Of a stretch of 64,000 bases of DNA, positions 49,156 to 61,812 are shown in pieces. How positions within the stretch are numbered: the stretch's first letter is position 1; each line of letters begins with the position of its first letter. The notes under the pieces were generated by a model. It worked only from the letters and a program-made list of their open reading frames with translations, searched no databases and had not been told where the DNA came from. This stretch comes from Octopus sinensis (taxonomy: Eukaryota): positions 126,046,001 to 126,110,000 of the forward strand of contig NC_042997.1 in NCBI RefSeq assembly GCF_006345805.1, in the 5' to 3' direction. The translations under genes were made by a program, and so were the position numbers.

Positions 49156-49925
49156 TTATATATAAAATCAAATAAGTTTGTGTACTGTGAGGAGAGGTGA
49201 GTTCTAATAGTGCAGACAAATTGTTGTTGGTTAACCCCAGGACACTCCTGATTCAAAAGACTCACAAGGGGGTGCTGCAAAGTTCCTGGCTTGAAGGATA
49301 TTATGAAAGGCCTGGTTGGAGGCCTAACCTCCCAAGTTCTTTAGGAGTGGCTGTGTGGTAAGTAGCTTGCTTACCAACCACATGGTTCCAGGTTCAGTCC
49401 CACTGCATGGCACCTTGGGCAAGTGTCTTCTACTTTAGCCTCAGGCTGACCAAAGCCTTGTGAGTGGATTTGGTAGACGGAAACTGAAAGAAACGCGTCG
49501 TACACATATATATATATATATGTACGTGTATGTATATGTTTGTGTGTCTGTGTTTGTCCCACCAACATCGGTTGACAACCGATGCTGGTGTGTTTATGTC
49601 CCCATAAATTAGCGGTTTGGCAAAAGACAACGATAGAATAAGTACTAGGCTTACAAAAGAATAAGTCCTGGTGTCAATTCACTCGACTAAATGTGGTGCT
49701 CCAGCATGGCCGCAGTCAAATGACTGAAACAAGTAAATAAAAAAGAATATAACTAACTGTCTCATCTTTTACGTAGATATTTTATATTTAGGATTGCACT
49801 ATAAGATGTATCCTTTTTAAAAAATAGTGTGTGATTTGGAGGAAATTTAACTGTTATTTTTAACAAATTGTGTGACCAATCAGGGGTTTATTTGTTGGCT
49901 CTAGAAATGTATCAGACACCTTTAA

Positions 49926-50145
49926 CCCTTTTGTTACCAACCCGGCTAAAACTGGCTCTGGCTCTGAGTACAAATGTCTTGTTTTCATAAGTTTTGAATT
50001 AAAATCTTCCACCAAACCTTAGTCACAATTTATGTTCCTAACACTAGCTGAATGATAACTAAGTTATTTTACTAAATTCTTTGTTACATTTAAAGTAATT
50101 GAAAGAAACACGGAGCATCTCAAAATAAATACAGTAACGAAAGGG
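49926..50145. mobile_element. piggyBac-type MITE (220 bp)
   Basis: TTAA TSD with CCCTTT/AAAGGG ends. Inverted relative to the copy at 1559. Confidence 0.87.
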
Positions 50146-50197
50146 TTAAATGAAATTAGAGACCTTAATTAATGTTAACTACTTAAATGTCTTGCAG

Positions 50198-50385
50198 TGC
50201 TACTCCTCCACGTATTTTCAAAGATCGCACAAATTCTGGTGAATGTGTTCTCAGTTTTGGAAATGTAACCTCTGCTCCTTGGTCAGACACCAGCCTCAAA
50301 TGTTCCTTTGATCTTTTCGATACCTCTTCAGTTCTTACAAATTCTGTCAAATATATGTTTGAGAAGAAACACGACCAAGCTGAAT
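50198..50385 (+). CDS. POLA2: POLA2 exon 6
   Basis: Translates ATPPRIFKDRTNSGECVLSFG...SVKYMFEKKHDQAE, similar to human ATPSQKYNSRSNRGEVVTSFG...YKSMFQK. 188 nt. Confidence 0.94.
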
Positions 50386-50486
50386 GTAAGTTTATAAATC
50401 TTGTTTTCTTTTATGACCAAACATCAACAAATGATTTCTTGAGTTCAGCTGATGGTGCTAAAGTCCTTTTATCCTCATCAATGATA

Positions 50487-51777
50487 CGAGGGACGTTCAA
50501 TAAGTAATGCCTCTGATCCACTTGCAGTTGTTTGATCTAGCTGAAATTTTGCATGTGCAATCATTTATATCTCTATAGAGTAAGTGGCAAATTACAGCTC
50601 TGAATTAATTGTGGTTTCTGATTTACAGGTGTTTGAACCGAGTCAAGTGTGAAATGGAGCCTGTTGAGTGTCGAGCAGTGATCCGGTTTTTGTATTTGAA
50701 AGGACGCACACCACGGGAGACTTTTGATGAAATGAAAGTAACTTATGGTAATGATGCCCCATCATATGACCTTGTAAAACGCTGGCATCGTGAATTCAAA
50801 CATGGTCGGAACTCTGTGGAAACAGCTCCCAGATCTGGTCACCCCCTTCTGCCATTGATGAGGCATCCGTCCGTCAAGTTGAGGCTGCCATTTTGGAAGA
50901 TCGACGCATAATTATTCGCCAAATAGCCCATGAGGTCAAGATTAGTACCGGGTCTGTGGAAACTATCATTCATGACCATTTGCATATGCAAAAGGTGTCT
51001 GCCAGATGGATTCCCAGGTTGCTCACACCTTTCCAGAAGCAAGAACGCGTCGAGTGCTCGAGGGTGAATTTGGAGATGTGCCAAGAAGATGAGTCAAAAT
51101 TTTTCAAAAGACTGATTACACAGGATGAAACCTGGGTCCATCACGATGATCCAGAGACCAAAGCCCAGTCAATGCAGTGGAAGTACCGTGACTCACCCCC
51201 TCCAAAGAAGGCAAGGGTGCAGCCCTCCGCTGGCAAGGTTATGCTCACAGTCTTCTGGGACCAGGACGGAGTAGTGATGACAGATTTCCTGGCAAAGGGT
51301 ACCACAATTGCAGGAGCCTATTATGCTTCACTTTTGAGGAAATTAAGAGAAGTTATCAAAATCAAAAGGCGGGGCAAGATCAGCAAAGGCATCCTCCTCC
51401 TGCAGGACAACGCTCCGGTCCACAACTCGCTTGTCGCCAGATCAGAAGCACAGGCGTATGGCTATGAACTCCTCCCCATCTCCCCTACTTTCCTGACCTT
51501 GCACCCTCTGATTTTCACCTCTTCCCAATCATGAAGTTGTTTTTGAAAGGAAAGCGTTTCCCAGATGATGCAGCCTTGATTTCTGAAGTCACGTTGAGGT
51601 TGGAGGACCAAGCTGGGTTCTTCTACAAAAACGGTCTCCAGAGCCGCATCAAACGATGGGAGAAATGCGTAACTCTGTGTGGTTCCTATGTAGAAAAAGA
51701 CTAATAACTGTGCCAAGTTTCGTTGCTCTACTGCTATGGGAAGTGGGTCAGGGGCATTACTTATTGAATGACCCTCG
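50487..51777 (+). mobile_element. Full-length mariner transposon (1291 bp), pseudogenised transposase at 50654-51704, in POLA2 intron 6
   Basis: TA TSD, TIRs CGAGGG..TTCAATAAGTAATGCC, WIPRLL and YFPDL motifs, D,D,D triad (ITQDETW, LQDNA, PSD). Frameshifts near 50848 and 51477. Confidence 0.96.
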
Positions 51778-52148
51778 TATTTTCTCATTCTTTCAGGTCT
51801 CTCTAGTTCTAGTTGTCTGCAAACCTCATGAAGACTCTGACATACCAGCTGATTGATTGATTGCTTGATTAATCAAGCACTTTACTAGTCAATTAGTTAA
51901 TTGGCTAACTACTTGACTGATCATAATAATAATAATAATAATAATCCTTTCTATTATAGGCACAAGGCCTGAAATTTGCGGGGAGGGGGTAAGTAGATTA
52001 CATCAGTCCCTGTGCGTAACTGGTACTTATTTAATCGACCATGAAAGGAAGAAAGGCAAAGCCGATCATGCCGGAATTTGAGCTCAGAACATAGCAGCAG
52101 ACAAAAAAAAAACCGTTAAGCATTTCACCCAGCGTGCTAATGATTAAT

Positions 52149-52185
<37 letters not shown>

Positions 52186-52626
52186 TCCTTTCTACTTGAA
52201 GCACAAGGCTTCAAATTTGGGGAAAAGGATTAGGTCGGTTATATCGACCCCAGTGCATAACTCGTACTTATTTAATTGACCCCGAAAGGATGAAAGGCAA
52301 AGTTGACCTCGGTGGAATTTGAACTTAGAACATAGCGACAGGTGAAATACTGCTAAGCATTTCGCCTGATGTGCTAATGATTTTGCCAGCTTGCTTCCTT
52401 AATAATAATAATATCAATTCTTTCTAATTTTGGCACGAGGCTAGCAATTTTGAGGGGAGAGGGTATGCATTTCTTATTGGCAAAAATAACTCTCTCAAAA
52501 TAAAACATCTGTTTCAATACACATTTTTTTTACGTCAAGAATCTTGTAAAACTAATGCTAAATTGAGATGATGATAATGCACCATGGTTTTAGTTTTATT
52601 ATTTGTTGTTCTTTTTTTTTTTCTAG

Positions 52627-52715
52627 ACCTGAATGAACAGATTGATAAAGTGAGTTCTAAGCTTAAACAGAAACATGAATTGGAAAGATTTCATCACATT
52701 GCTCTTTCATCTCAA
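52627..52715 (+). CDS. POLA2: POLA2 exon 7
   Basis: Translates YLNEQIDKVSSKLKQKHELERFHHIALSSQ. Poly-T/CTAG acceptor, GTAAGG donor, 89 nt. Confidence 0.92.
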
Positions 52716-52910
52716 GTAAGGTCACATCTTTTCATCTTTTTCACTGTCTTTCTGCCTATTTGTCTGCCTCTTTCTCTCTCTTTCTCATTACTAAAAAAAG
52801 GTTTGTTCTCTCTGTACCATGAGGTACATAAGGCTGCAACACAATCTCTCCAACCACCTCTGTTTCCTGCCACTGTTTTAGTTTCATTCCAGCTTCTCCA
52901 CCCTTATATC

Positions 52911-53940
52911 TGTAGTGATGCTACGGTGTAGGGTTCGGCGCGCATGCGCAGAATGGGACTACTTCCGGGTGGCCACCGGAAGTCTTCCCCATGCACATGT
53001 GCGGGAAAACGTCCCTCGAGCCCGCGAACCTCAAATCTCTCTCTTCGGCTAAGACAGCATTGTGATCGGTCACGAATTCTCGGCTCTGACCGCCACACGA
53101 TCAGCAACCAACTTCAACGACCAACACGAAGCAGTATATCAGAGGCTGTCTTTCCCCCACCAGACAGCGTACTACACTGAAATCAATAAACCAAACTACT
53201 GTCTGTTCACCCTTTTAACCTGAGTTCGTCTGTTTGTTTTCTGGAAGAATTTTATATGTGACTAGAAAGGATCTTGACACCCTTCCAGTGCTTCGATAAT
53301 AGATCCTTTCACGTTACAATTGGTGACCCCAAGCTGAAAAAAAAAAAAGAACAGGATAGAAGAAGACACAGCGAACAGGTTTTTTTAGCCGAAGAGAGAG
53401 ATTTGAGGTTCGCGGGCTCGAGGGACGTTTTCCCGCACATGCGCATGGGGAAGACTTCCGGTGGCCACCCGGAAGTAGTCCCATTCTGCGCGCGGCGTCC
53501 GGAACAGGGAGATGTGGTCTGCAACAATTTGGTGAAAACCTTCGGCCGACTGCTATCAGAGCTGGACAGCGAGAAAATATACGTCCGTCGCCTTCAGTCG
53601 CTGCTGTCCCAAGTCCACTACAGTCGCCTTCCACCACCACCGTCGGCCATCTTTGACCAGTGTCGTTTTGCATTTGAACACTTTCTTATTTTACAGCGAT
53701 AAGGTTCAGCACTGACACATTTAGATCAAAGGGATACCAGATAACCACTTATTGTTACTGTTACCACATTAGAGAATAAAGTAGTATATATATCTTTTAC
53801 GTCTGCGTCTTGTTGTTTCTGACTGGTAGAATTCTGGATTATTAAAGCAACGAAACGGATAGTGATTGCTTTCTTGTACCCCGAAAGTACAAGAGCAGAT
53901 ACTCACACTAAGTTCTTTACAGTGGTGACCCCGACGTGAT
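52911..53940 (+). mobile_element. Rearranged LTR-retrotransposon remnants with two tRNA-Trp primer-binding sites
   Basis: LTR TGTAG...TTACA at 52911-53318 followed by TGGTGACCCC. A second LTR end at 53921 is followed by the full 18-nt TGGTGACCCCGACGTGAT (53923-53940). 107-bp inverted repeat at 52946-53052 / 53385-53491. Confidence 0.75.
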
Positions 53941-54236
53941 TCTGGTCTAAAACCAGAGATCACTTAACAACAAAGAAATCCAGTTTTTCTGCGAAGTCGG
54001 AACACGATTTAACTCTACGCAGTCATCATCTTTCGACGATTTGTTTCCGGCCACCACAAACAGTTGTAGAAGGAGCCTCTTTCTTATTCTACAGCCATGC
54101 TGGTATACAGGCTCTGCAGAGTAACGGAGTTTCTTCTGCCTTGAATTTGAAGAATATATTGCATATGGGAGGTGTTAGAACTGTTTCGTCTGGCTGAATC
54201 ATTTATGTTTAACTTCATTGCTCTGTCTTTCTACAG

Positions 54237-54392
54237 GAAACTGTTACCATTGCTGGCCGTGTTTGCTGTGATTGTGAGAGTCGTTTGAATGCTCAGTCAA
54301 TCCTTCTAGAAGGTTCTCATGAAACTTCCTCAGGAAAGACATGTCCTATTGATGTATCAGAATTAAAAGACTACTCATTGTTTCCTGGACAG
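54237..54392 (+). CDS. POLA2: POLA2 exon 8 (OB-fold region)
   Basis: Translates ETVTIAGRVCCDCESRLNAQSILLEGSHETSSGKTCPIDVSELKDYSLFPGQ, including the hallmark YSLFPGQ. 156 nt. Confidence 0.97.
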
Positions 54393-54593
54393 GTAAGTTT
54401 ATTTTCTGGGAACATCACTTTGTTTCCTCGTAACTGAATATCCACAGTCAACTCCTTTTTGACACAATTTTGATACAGACTGTTCAATATTGTATTCTCT
54501 TCAAAGTTCAAGTTAACCCCTGTCACCCATTTAATTACTGCTTGCATATCAGGAGAGGTGCAGTTGCTTCACGTATCTTGAAGAGTGCTGCTG

Positions 54594-54627
<34 letters not shown>

Positions 54628-54804
54628 AATATGCATACACAAACACACACACACACCACTTGGTGATGACAATTCATGGTGATCACCTCATCTTGTCAGA
54701 TGATAGCTGTCTCACTAGCGAGACATTTATATATCATGTCATTGGATTTAAGTGACAAAAGCTTGTATAACACTTTTGCCTCTCTCTCTCTCAATTGCCA
54801 TATT

Positions 54805-55133
54805 AAGGAACTCTCCGTCAGTTACGACGACGAGGGTCCCAGCAGATACGATCAATGGAACAACTTGCTTGTGAAATTAATGTGCAAGTGGTTCAGCATT
54901 CCACAGACACATGTACCCCTAATGTAGTTCGCAAGGAGATTCAGCGCGACACAGAATGTGACAAGGCTGGTTCTTTTTGACATACAGGTGCAACTCATTT
55001 TTGCCAGCTGAGTGGACTGGAGCAACATGAAATAAAGTATCTTGCTCAAGGACACAATGCATCACCAGGAATTGAACTCACAACCTTACGATCATGAGCC
55101 GAATGCCCTAACCACTAAGCCATGCACCCTCAC
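54805..55133 (-). mobile_element. tRNA-derived SINE (family D)
   Basis: Head GCATGGCTTAGTGGTTAGGGCATTCGGCTC...GAGTTCAATTCC and CORE-like TGTGTCCTTGAGCAAGATAC. Confidence 0.75.
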
Positions 55134-55251
55134 TACAATTGCCATGTTAGGTTTCAGTAACAAGCATTGAATGTAAAACATGTAGAATATTTGGGCCAGA
55201 TATTTTCACTTTAAACACTAAATGGTTAAACTATTTCCTTTTTTTTTCCAG

Positions 55252-55314
55252 ATTGTTGCTTTTGATGGTACAAATCCAACTGGTAAAATGTTTATGGCCA
55301 AAAAAGTCTATGAT
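55252..55314 (+). CDS. POLA2: POLA2 exon 9
   Basis: Translates IVAFDGTNPTGKMFMAKKVYD, similar to human VVIMEGINTTGRKLVATKLYE. 63 nt. Confidence 0.96.
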
Positions 55315-55402
55315 GTAAGTTTTATGAAAAGTTTTAGCAACCTTCATATAAAGCTGGGTTTGACTCATCTTTTTTGCAGAATGAGGAGACTTTATGCTAA
55401 GT

Positions 55403-55659
55403 TAATGGTTCTCAACCATTTTTTATCTATGGACCCTTTTCATTCCTATTTTACTTGGAATGGGACCCCCATAGCCATTTGATGCTTAAAAATAACCCAT
55501 TATATTTTTATAATTAAATTTTATTAGGAATTGTATAAAAAAATTGTTAAAATATTTTGTGTATTGTAAAAATATAATAGATTTATTGTACATAAATTTT
55601 AACAAGTAAATCTTTTGTGAACTGCCAAGGATCATGTGGACCCTGGTTGAGAAGCATTG
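55403..55659. mobile_element. hAT (Charlie-like) MITE; inverted copy at 62585-63198 split by a SINE
   Basis: TIRs (C/T)AATGGTTCTCAACC / GGTTGAGAAGCATTG and 8-bp TSD TGCTAAGT / TGCTAGGT. Confidence 0.8.
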
Positions 55660-56326
55660 TGCTAGGTGATGAGATAAAGGGAACCAGAACAGAACAGATT
55701 CTTGCTGTAAAGGAGATACAAGGCTAATCATATCTTACAAGAGTCAAGCAGGAATTTAAGTGGATTTAGTTGATTAAATTTGGCGTTAGGAAGGGCATCC
55801 AGCCTTAGAAACCATGCCAAAACAGACATAGAACCCGGGCAGCTTTTTATCTGACCAGCTCCTGTCAAACTGTTCAAACCATGCCAGCATGGAAAACAGA
55901 CATTATGTGATAATGATGATGAAATTAACTCCATGCTTTTAAGGATCATTTCTTAAGTATGTGTCGCAACGGTATCCGATTCTATTGAGCGGATCAACAA
56001 TAACTCCAGTACATGACTGGTATTTTATTTTATCAACTCTGGAGAATGAAATGTAAAGTTTATTTTGGTTTGATTTGAACTCAAAACAAATGCCACAAGG
56101 CTTTTTGTCTAATGCTCTAACAATTTTTGTAATCAACGACAAAATTTGTGAAACTAATTCAATATCATCAAAGTTTTACTTCTGGTTTTCTGTGCTAGTA
56201 TGGGTTGGACTTTTTTTATGCAGGGATGCAGTTTATTTATTCTAAAACCAGAATTCATGCAATATATAGTATATTATATGCAGTATTCTAGAAATGATTC
56301 TGAAAGCCTCATATCATATTTTCTAG

Positions 56327-56375
56327 GATGTCCCATTGCAGCAAGCTCCTCTAGTGCCAGAGAAATTGCCAAAAG
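56327..56375 (+). CDS. POLA2: POLA2 exon 10
   Basis: Translates DVPLQQAPLVPEKLPK, similar to human GVPLPFY. TTCTAG acceptor, GTAGGT donor, 49 nt, phases 0 to 1. Confidence 0.87.
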
Positions 56376-56501
56376 GTAGGTTTGTTCTGAATTTTTTTCT
56401 CTATTAATTTACTAACAGACTTGAGGCTTTGTCATATCTAGTTTGGTGCCTCACTAAAGTTCACTTTGTCAGTATCAGTACACAGACACACACATACATA
56501 C

Positions 56502-56765
56502 ATCTGTAAATGTAATATGTGACAATTATTCGGTAGCCATGATAAAACTCTGAGTTTCAGATGTCGGGGTGGAAATCCATGCCGCCATCTCTTCAGTTAT
56601 TTGGCCATCGGAAAAAATGCTATGATTTTACATAGGATTTTTCATAGCATTTTTTCTGATGCCCGGATAACTGAAGAGATGGCGGCATGGATTTCTACCC
56701 TGACATCCGAAACTTGGAGTTTTATCATGGCTACCGAATAATTGTCACATATTACATTTACAGAT
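56502..56765. repeat. 264-bp fold-back element in POLA2 intron 10
   Basis: Arms 56502-56625 and 56642-56765 are near-perfect reverse complements around a 16-nt loop. Confidence 0.93.
56667..56726 (+). ncRNA. Minimal hammerhead-ribozyme-like motif, sense to the POLA2 pre-mRNA
   Basis: GATAA-CTGAAGA-GATG...CATC-C-GAAA-CTTGGAG-TT-TTATC: 5-bp stem I, intact core, GUU triplet, one extra base at the foot of stem II. Confidence 0.55.
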
Positions 56766-57724
56766 AAATTCCTCTATTTACATAATATCGAGATTTCTTT
56801 CATTTTTTTGTTGTCTTACCATTTCTATCAAAATATATATATATATATAGTAAATCCAAAAACGAACAAACACAAAAAACAACAGCACGAGGACATGGTA
56901 CATGTAATGTATTAGCAGATGCTCAGGGAAGGAAAGAAAGATAGTTTAAAGTTTTGAGCAGATGCTCTCCTTTGGAAACAGAAGAAATTCCAACAGAAGG
57001 GAAGACGGAGGAAGAAAATCGCTAATGATTCATATGTGGTTACATTTTGAAATGTATGTATACATATGTAATTATTTATTTAAAGGTTACAATACATGTG
57101 TTAAAGCACTACTGATAGTTTCATGTGTTGAGAAAACTCAAGCATTATTCTTCAGGTGCAAACCACATATAACAGATCAGTACATTACACACACACACAC
57201 ACACACACACACTAGTTTACTGTTCCTTTAAGATCAGATCAACAAAAAAGTATTCCATCTAGTGAGAGATAAATATCATTTAATGCTCACAGTATTAAAA
57301 TAAGAATTACTAATAGTCTCTTGTCTTTGAGACGCATGGTTAAAATCCGCCTAACCATATGTCACAATGGCAATAAACTATTAGTAACTCTTAACAATGC
57401 AGTGTATCTTCAATGATATATGTATCTACATGTACATATATATATGTGTGTGTGTATTTACATGTACAGTAGTGTTTGTGAAAAAATGGCTCCTCCATGC
57501 AGTGTTCTTTGTTTCTATATAAACATGTTTGGTCTGTTTGTTGTTTGATAGACTGGGTGATTATTACCTGACTAGGAAACATGTAACTGTTAGCGACAGG
57601 AAGGGCATCTGCAATCTCTGCCCCAGTATTCTCTCGTCTGATTCATACTTGCATGCAAATGTCGACATTAAAATGATGATGCTGATGATGATATTTAATA
57701 AAAGACCTAATTCTATCCATGTAG

Positions 57725-57846
57725 GCTCCAGTTTGAATATCTTGATAGCTGCTGGGCCATTTCTTACAACAGACAGTATAATGTTTGAACCTCTCACAGA
57801 TCTTTTAAATGTTTGCCAGAAAGAGAAACCTCATATGTGTATTTTG
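57725..57846 (+). CDS. POLA2: POLA2 exon 11 (start of phosphoesterase-like domain)
   Basis: Translates GSSLNILIAAGPFLTTDSIMFEPLTDLLNVCQKEKPHMCIL, similar to human VLVACGPYTTSDSITYDPLLDL...RPDVCIL. 122 nt. Confidence 0.97.
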
Positions 57847-60800
57847 GTGAGTTGTACCCATTTGCTGATTTTTTACCCTTTTTTATTTTCCTGACTTTGC
57901 TGGTGCCTTGTGAAAATCAGCCAGTCTACTCTGTAAAGTGGTTGGTATTATGAAGGGCATCCAGCTGTAAAATCCATGCCAAAATAGATATTGGAGCCGG
58001 GTGAAGTCATCTGGCTTGCCAGTCCTGTCAAAACAACCGACCCATGCAAGTGTGGAAGATGGATGTTAAATAGTGATGATGATGTTGATGATGATAATGA
58101 TGATGCCTGCATGGAACATGGATATTAAAAGATAATGATGATGAGCATAATAACAATAATTTAATCAGATAAAATTCTGGTATCTTCCACAGTTTTAATT
58201 TCTCTCTGAAGCTATTTCTTTTTATTTATATTGTCAATATTTTTGTTTTATTTCAGGAGAGTCATTGTACCAATAATAAACATGCACTTGTTCAATTCTT
58301 TTATTATTATTATTATTATTAGTCAATTGGTTAAACATTTAACCAATTAACTGATTGATTGTTTGTTTAATTGTTTAGTCAATCAGGCAGCTAAGTTTGT
58401 CAAAGTCATTTCGTTGCCATTTGCGACCTCATGAGTGACATACCCTCTGTAGTCCAGGCCTGCTTTACTTTGATAAACCTAGCTGATTGATTGATTGATT
58501 GATTGACCAAATGATTAATTGAACAATCATTTTGTTAATTGATTAAATGGTTAAAGAATTGACTAATAAAAATGTAAGAAGTGAGATAGAACTTGCGCAT
58601 GTGTCATTATTGATATAATGACCCTCCTGAGATACAACAAAATTTACTTCAACACATAAGTTCACATCAAGAAAAGCATGAACACCATGAAATACCATTC
58701 GCCTTCTCCTATAAGGCTTTGTATTATTTTAAGAAATTGTAAAAGAATTTCTAGCAATGATAAATTCTAAGTTCTAAAAGTTGATGATGCATCAAACAAG
58801 AAACTAGACCAATAAGTTGGAATTTATTTAGGAGTTGAAATTCCATTTGTTTCTGATATCAAATTTTTGTTTTCTTAATAACATTGCTTTGGTAAATCTC
58901 AAAAGTGGCTTTGTGGTTAAGCAGTTTGCTTCCCATCCATGTGGTTTTGAGTTCAGTCCCATTGCATGGCATCTTGGATGAGTGTCCTCTACCTTAGCCT
59001 TGGGTCAATCAAAAATCTTGTGGGTGGATTTGGTTGATGGAAACTGAAAGAAGCCCGTTTTGTATGTGTGTGTTTTTTTGTCTTAACATACATCATCATC
59101 ATCATCATCATCATCGTTTAACGTCCATTCTCCATGCTAGCATGGGTTGGACATTTCGACCGGGGATCTGGGAAGCCAGAAGGCTGCACCAGGCTCCAGT
59201 CTTATCTGGCAATGTTTCTACAGCTGGATGCCCTTCCTAACGCCAACCACTCCGTGAGTGTAGTGGGTGTTTTTTACGTGCCACCTGCACAGGTGCCAGG
59301 CGAGGATGATTGTAAATGAGAATGAGTATCACTGCCATTCAGGTGATGTTATTCATTCCAAGTCTTCTGTGGAAAACATGTTTTGCTTGAAAATAGGTGA
59401 AGGTTGGTGACAGGAAGGGCATCCAACCATAGAAAATCTGCTTCAACAAAATTCCATCTGACCCCTGCAAGCATAGAGAAGTGGACATTAAAATAATCAA
59501 TAATATTGATATGCCAATTTGTTCTTGTTGTCTGTACCTGTCGTGTGCGTCACACTTACTTCAAAGAAGAAGTGAGTGGTAAAGCGAGACAGAGGAGGAT
59601 TTTTAGATGTTCAACTAAGGGGTGGTGCTCCAGCATGGCCATCATCAAATGACAGAAACAAATAAAAGAATAAAAGAACACCAGCAGAACGTTCCGTACC
59701 ACTAAACCAAGAAGGTCCTTTGAATATGTACGATGTATTTTAAGGCTAAATAGTAATTCTGTTTACGTTTGCGTCACTGAGATATTTTGGTTGGATTATA
59801 TAGTTATCAGTTTTACACTTCTTTCTATATTCTGTAACTCACACAATATAGAAACATTTCTCATAGCACCATCTCACAATTTACAGATGCTTACATTTTT
59901 TGTTTTCGTGAATCTTTCATGGGTCCAGCTAGTTATTAGTATTATGAAAAGGAAGGTGATGAACTGACATAATTGTTAGCTCACTGAACAAAACTCTTAG
60001 AGGCATTTTGCTTGTCTTTATGATCCGAGTTCAAACTCTACCTAGGTCAACTTTGCCTTTCATCCTTTAGGGGTCGATAAATTAAATACCAGTCAAGAAC
60101 TGGGGTTGATATAATCAACTTGCCCCTCCCCCAAAATTTCAGGCCTCATGTCTAGAGTAGAAAGTATTATTATTATTATTATGAAGGCAGTGAAATGGCA
60201 GAATTGTTACCGTGCTAGGCAAAATTCTTCGTAGCATTTCATCCAGATTTATGTTCTGAGTTCACATTCTGCTGAGGTTGACTTAGCCATTCATCCTTTT
60301 ATGATCGATGAAATAAGTACCAGTTGCATACTGGGGATCAATGTAATTGACCAGTCTCCTCCTCACAAAATTTCAGTCTGTGTGTCTAGGATCTTTTCCT
60401 TTTGATCGGCAGATCGAGAAATTAATTTTTTGTAACTAAACACTTTCAAACTTCGTATACTGGTAGAATGTGTCACATAAAACATCTTTTACTCTTGGCA
60501 TTGAAAGGGAAAAGATCCTGTGCCTACAGTAGAAAGAATTGTTTTTATTATGATGTCATACTCTAACCTTTCATCATCTGGCACAAGATCACTTCCTCCA
60601 ATGCCCCTTCCCCTCTCAAAGGATCTTTGTCTTGTGAGTTACTTAGTGGCCCTGCCAGTGCTGGTACCATTTAAAAAGTGTCCAGTCCACACTGTAAAGT
60701 GGTTGGCATTTGGAAGGGCATCCAGCTATAAAAACCATGTCAAAACTGATCTCGCCTGTGCTGGTGCCACATAAAAAGAACTCAGTCCTCTCTGCTGGGT

Positions 60801-60970
60801 GGTTGGTGTTAGGAAGAGTGTCCAGTCGTAAAAACCATGCCAAAACAGACACAGAAGTTTGGTGCAGTCTTCTGTCAAACCTGTCCAACCCATGCCAGCA
60901 TGGAAAGCAGACGTTAAATGATGATGATGACGATATCATTTACTAAGTCTTATTACCGTTTATTTCACAG

Positions 60971-61009
60971 ATTGGACCATTCCTTGATGAAGAACACACT
61001 GGTATCCAG
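60971..61009 (+). CDS. POLA2: POLA2 exon 12
   Basis: Translates IGPFLDEEHTGIQ, similar to human FGPFLDAKHEQVE. 39 nt, canonical splice sites. Confidence 0.95.
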
Positions 61010-61217
61010 GTAAGTGTTGATTCATTTTAGGTCTTGTCAAATATAGAATTTATATATAATGGGTACAGGAGGAGCTGTGTAGCAAGAAGCTTGCTTTCCA
61101 ACCACATGGTTCCGGGTTCGGCCCCACTGCCTGGTACCTTGGACAACTGTCCTTTATAGTCTTGGGTCAACCAAAGCCTTGTAAGTGGATTTGGTAGATG
61201 GAAACTGAAAGAAGGCC

Positions 61218-61259
<42 letters not shown>

Positions 61260-61781
61260 GATAAAACTTTTCCAAAAAAATCTCATCAGTGGCCAGCATA
61301 TTAAAATGCCTTTTAAGGTGAAAATTATTAAACATATATATGTTTGTATGTATGTATGTATGTATCTTTGGTGGTGTTTATTTTCTTCTCTTTATTGATG
61401 GCCATTGTTGGTTTGTTTATGTTGCCATAACTCAGTGGTGCAGTGAATGAGTTAAGTACCAAACTTCAAAGAAATAAGTTTTGAGGTCGATTTGTTTGAC
61501 TAAGCCCTTCAAGGCAGTGCCCCAGCATGGCCACAACCCAGTGAGTGAAACAAGCAAAAGATAAGAAGTAAAAGAAAGATATATATACAAAATAGGTAGA
61601 GAAGCAGAGAACTGGTGATCTTGGCAACTTTTCCAAAAAACTGTTGAGATTGAATTTCTGTCGGTTAATGTCTGTGGGGAAAAATGTGGGCCAAGAGATA
61701 ATTCCAGATTCGTGTAGCTCTGTGGATTGTCTTGTGTGGGTTTGGAGCTGAAGTTTTAGTTTATAGAAGCAAGCCATTGTT

Positions 61782-61812
<31 letters not shown>

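Noticed and set aside
53274-53702. 142-aa and 119-aa GC-rich ORFs in POLA2 intron 7
   Set aside because: They lie in rearranged LTR sequence and show no gag, protease, RT or integrase motifs.
58320-58565. (GATT)n-rich loose fold-back, similar to patches at 28275, 46820 and 51850
   Set aside because: Probably a decayed MITE family, but I could not define TIRs or a TSD, so it is not called.
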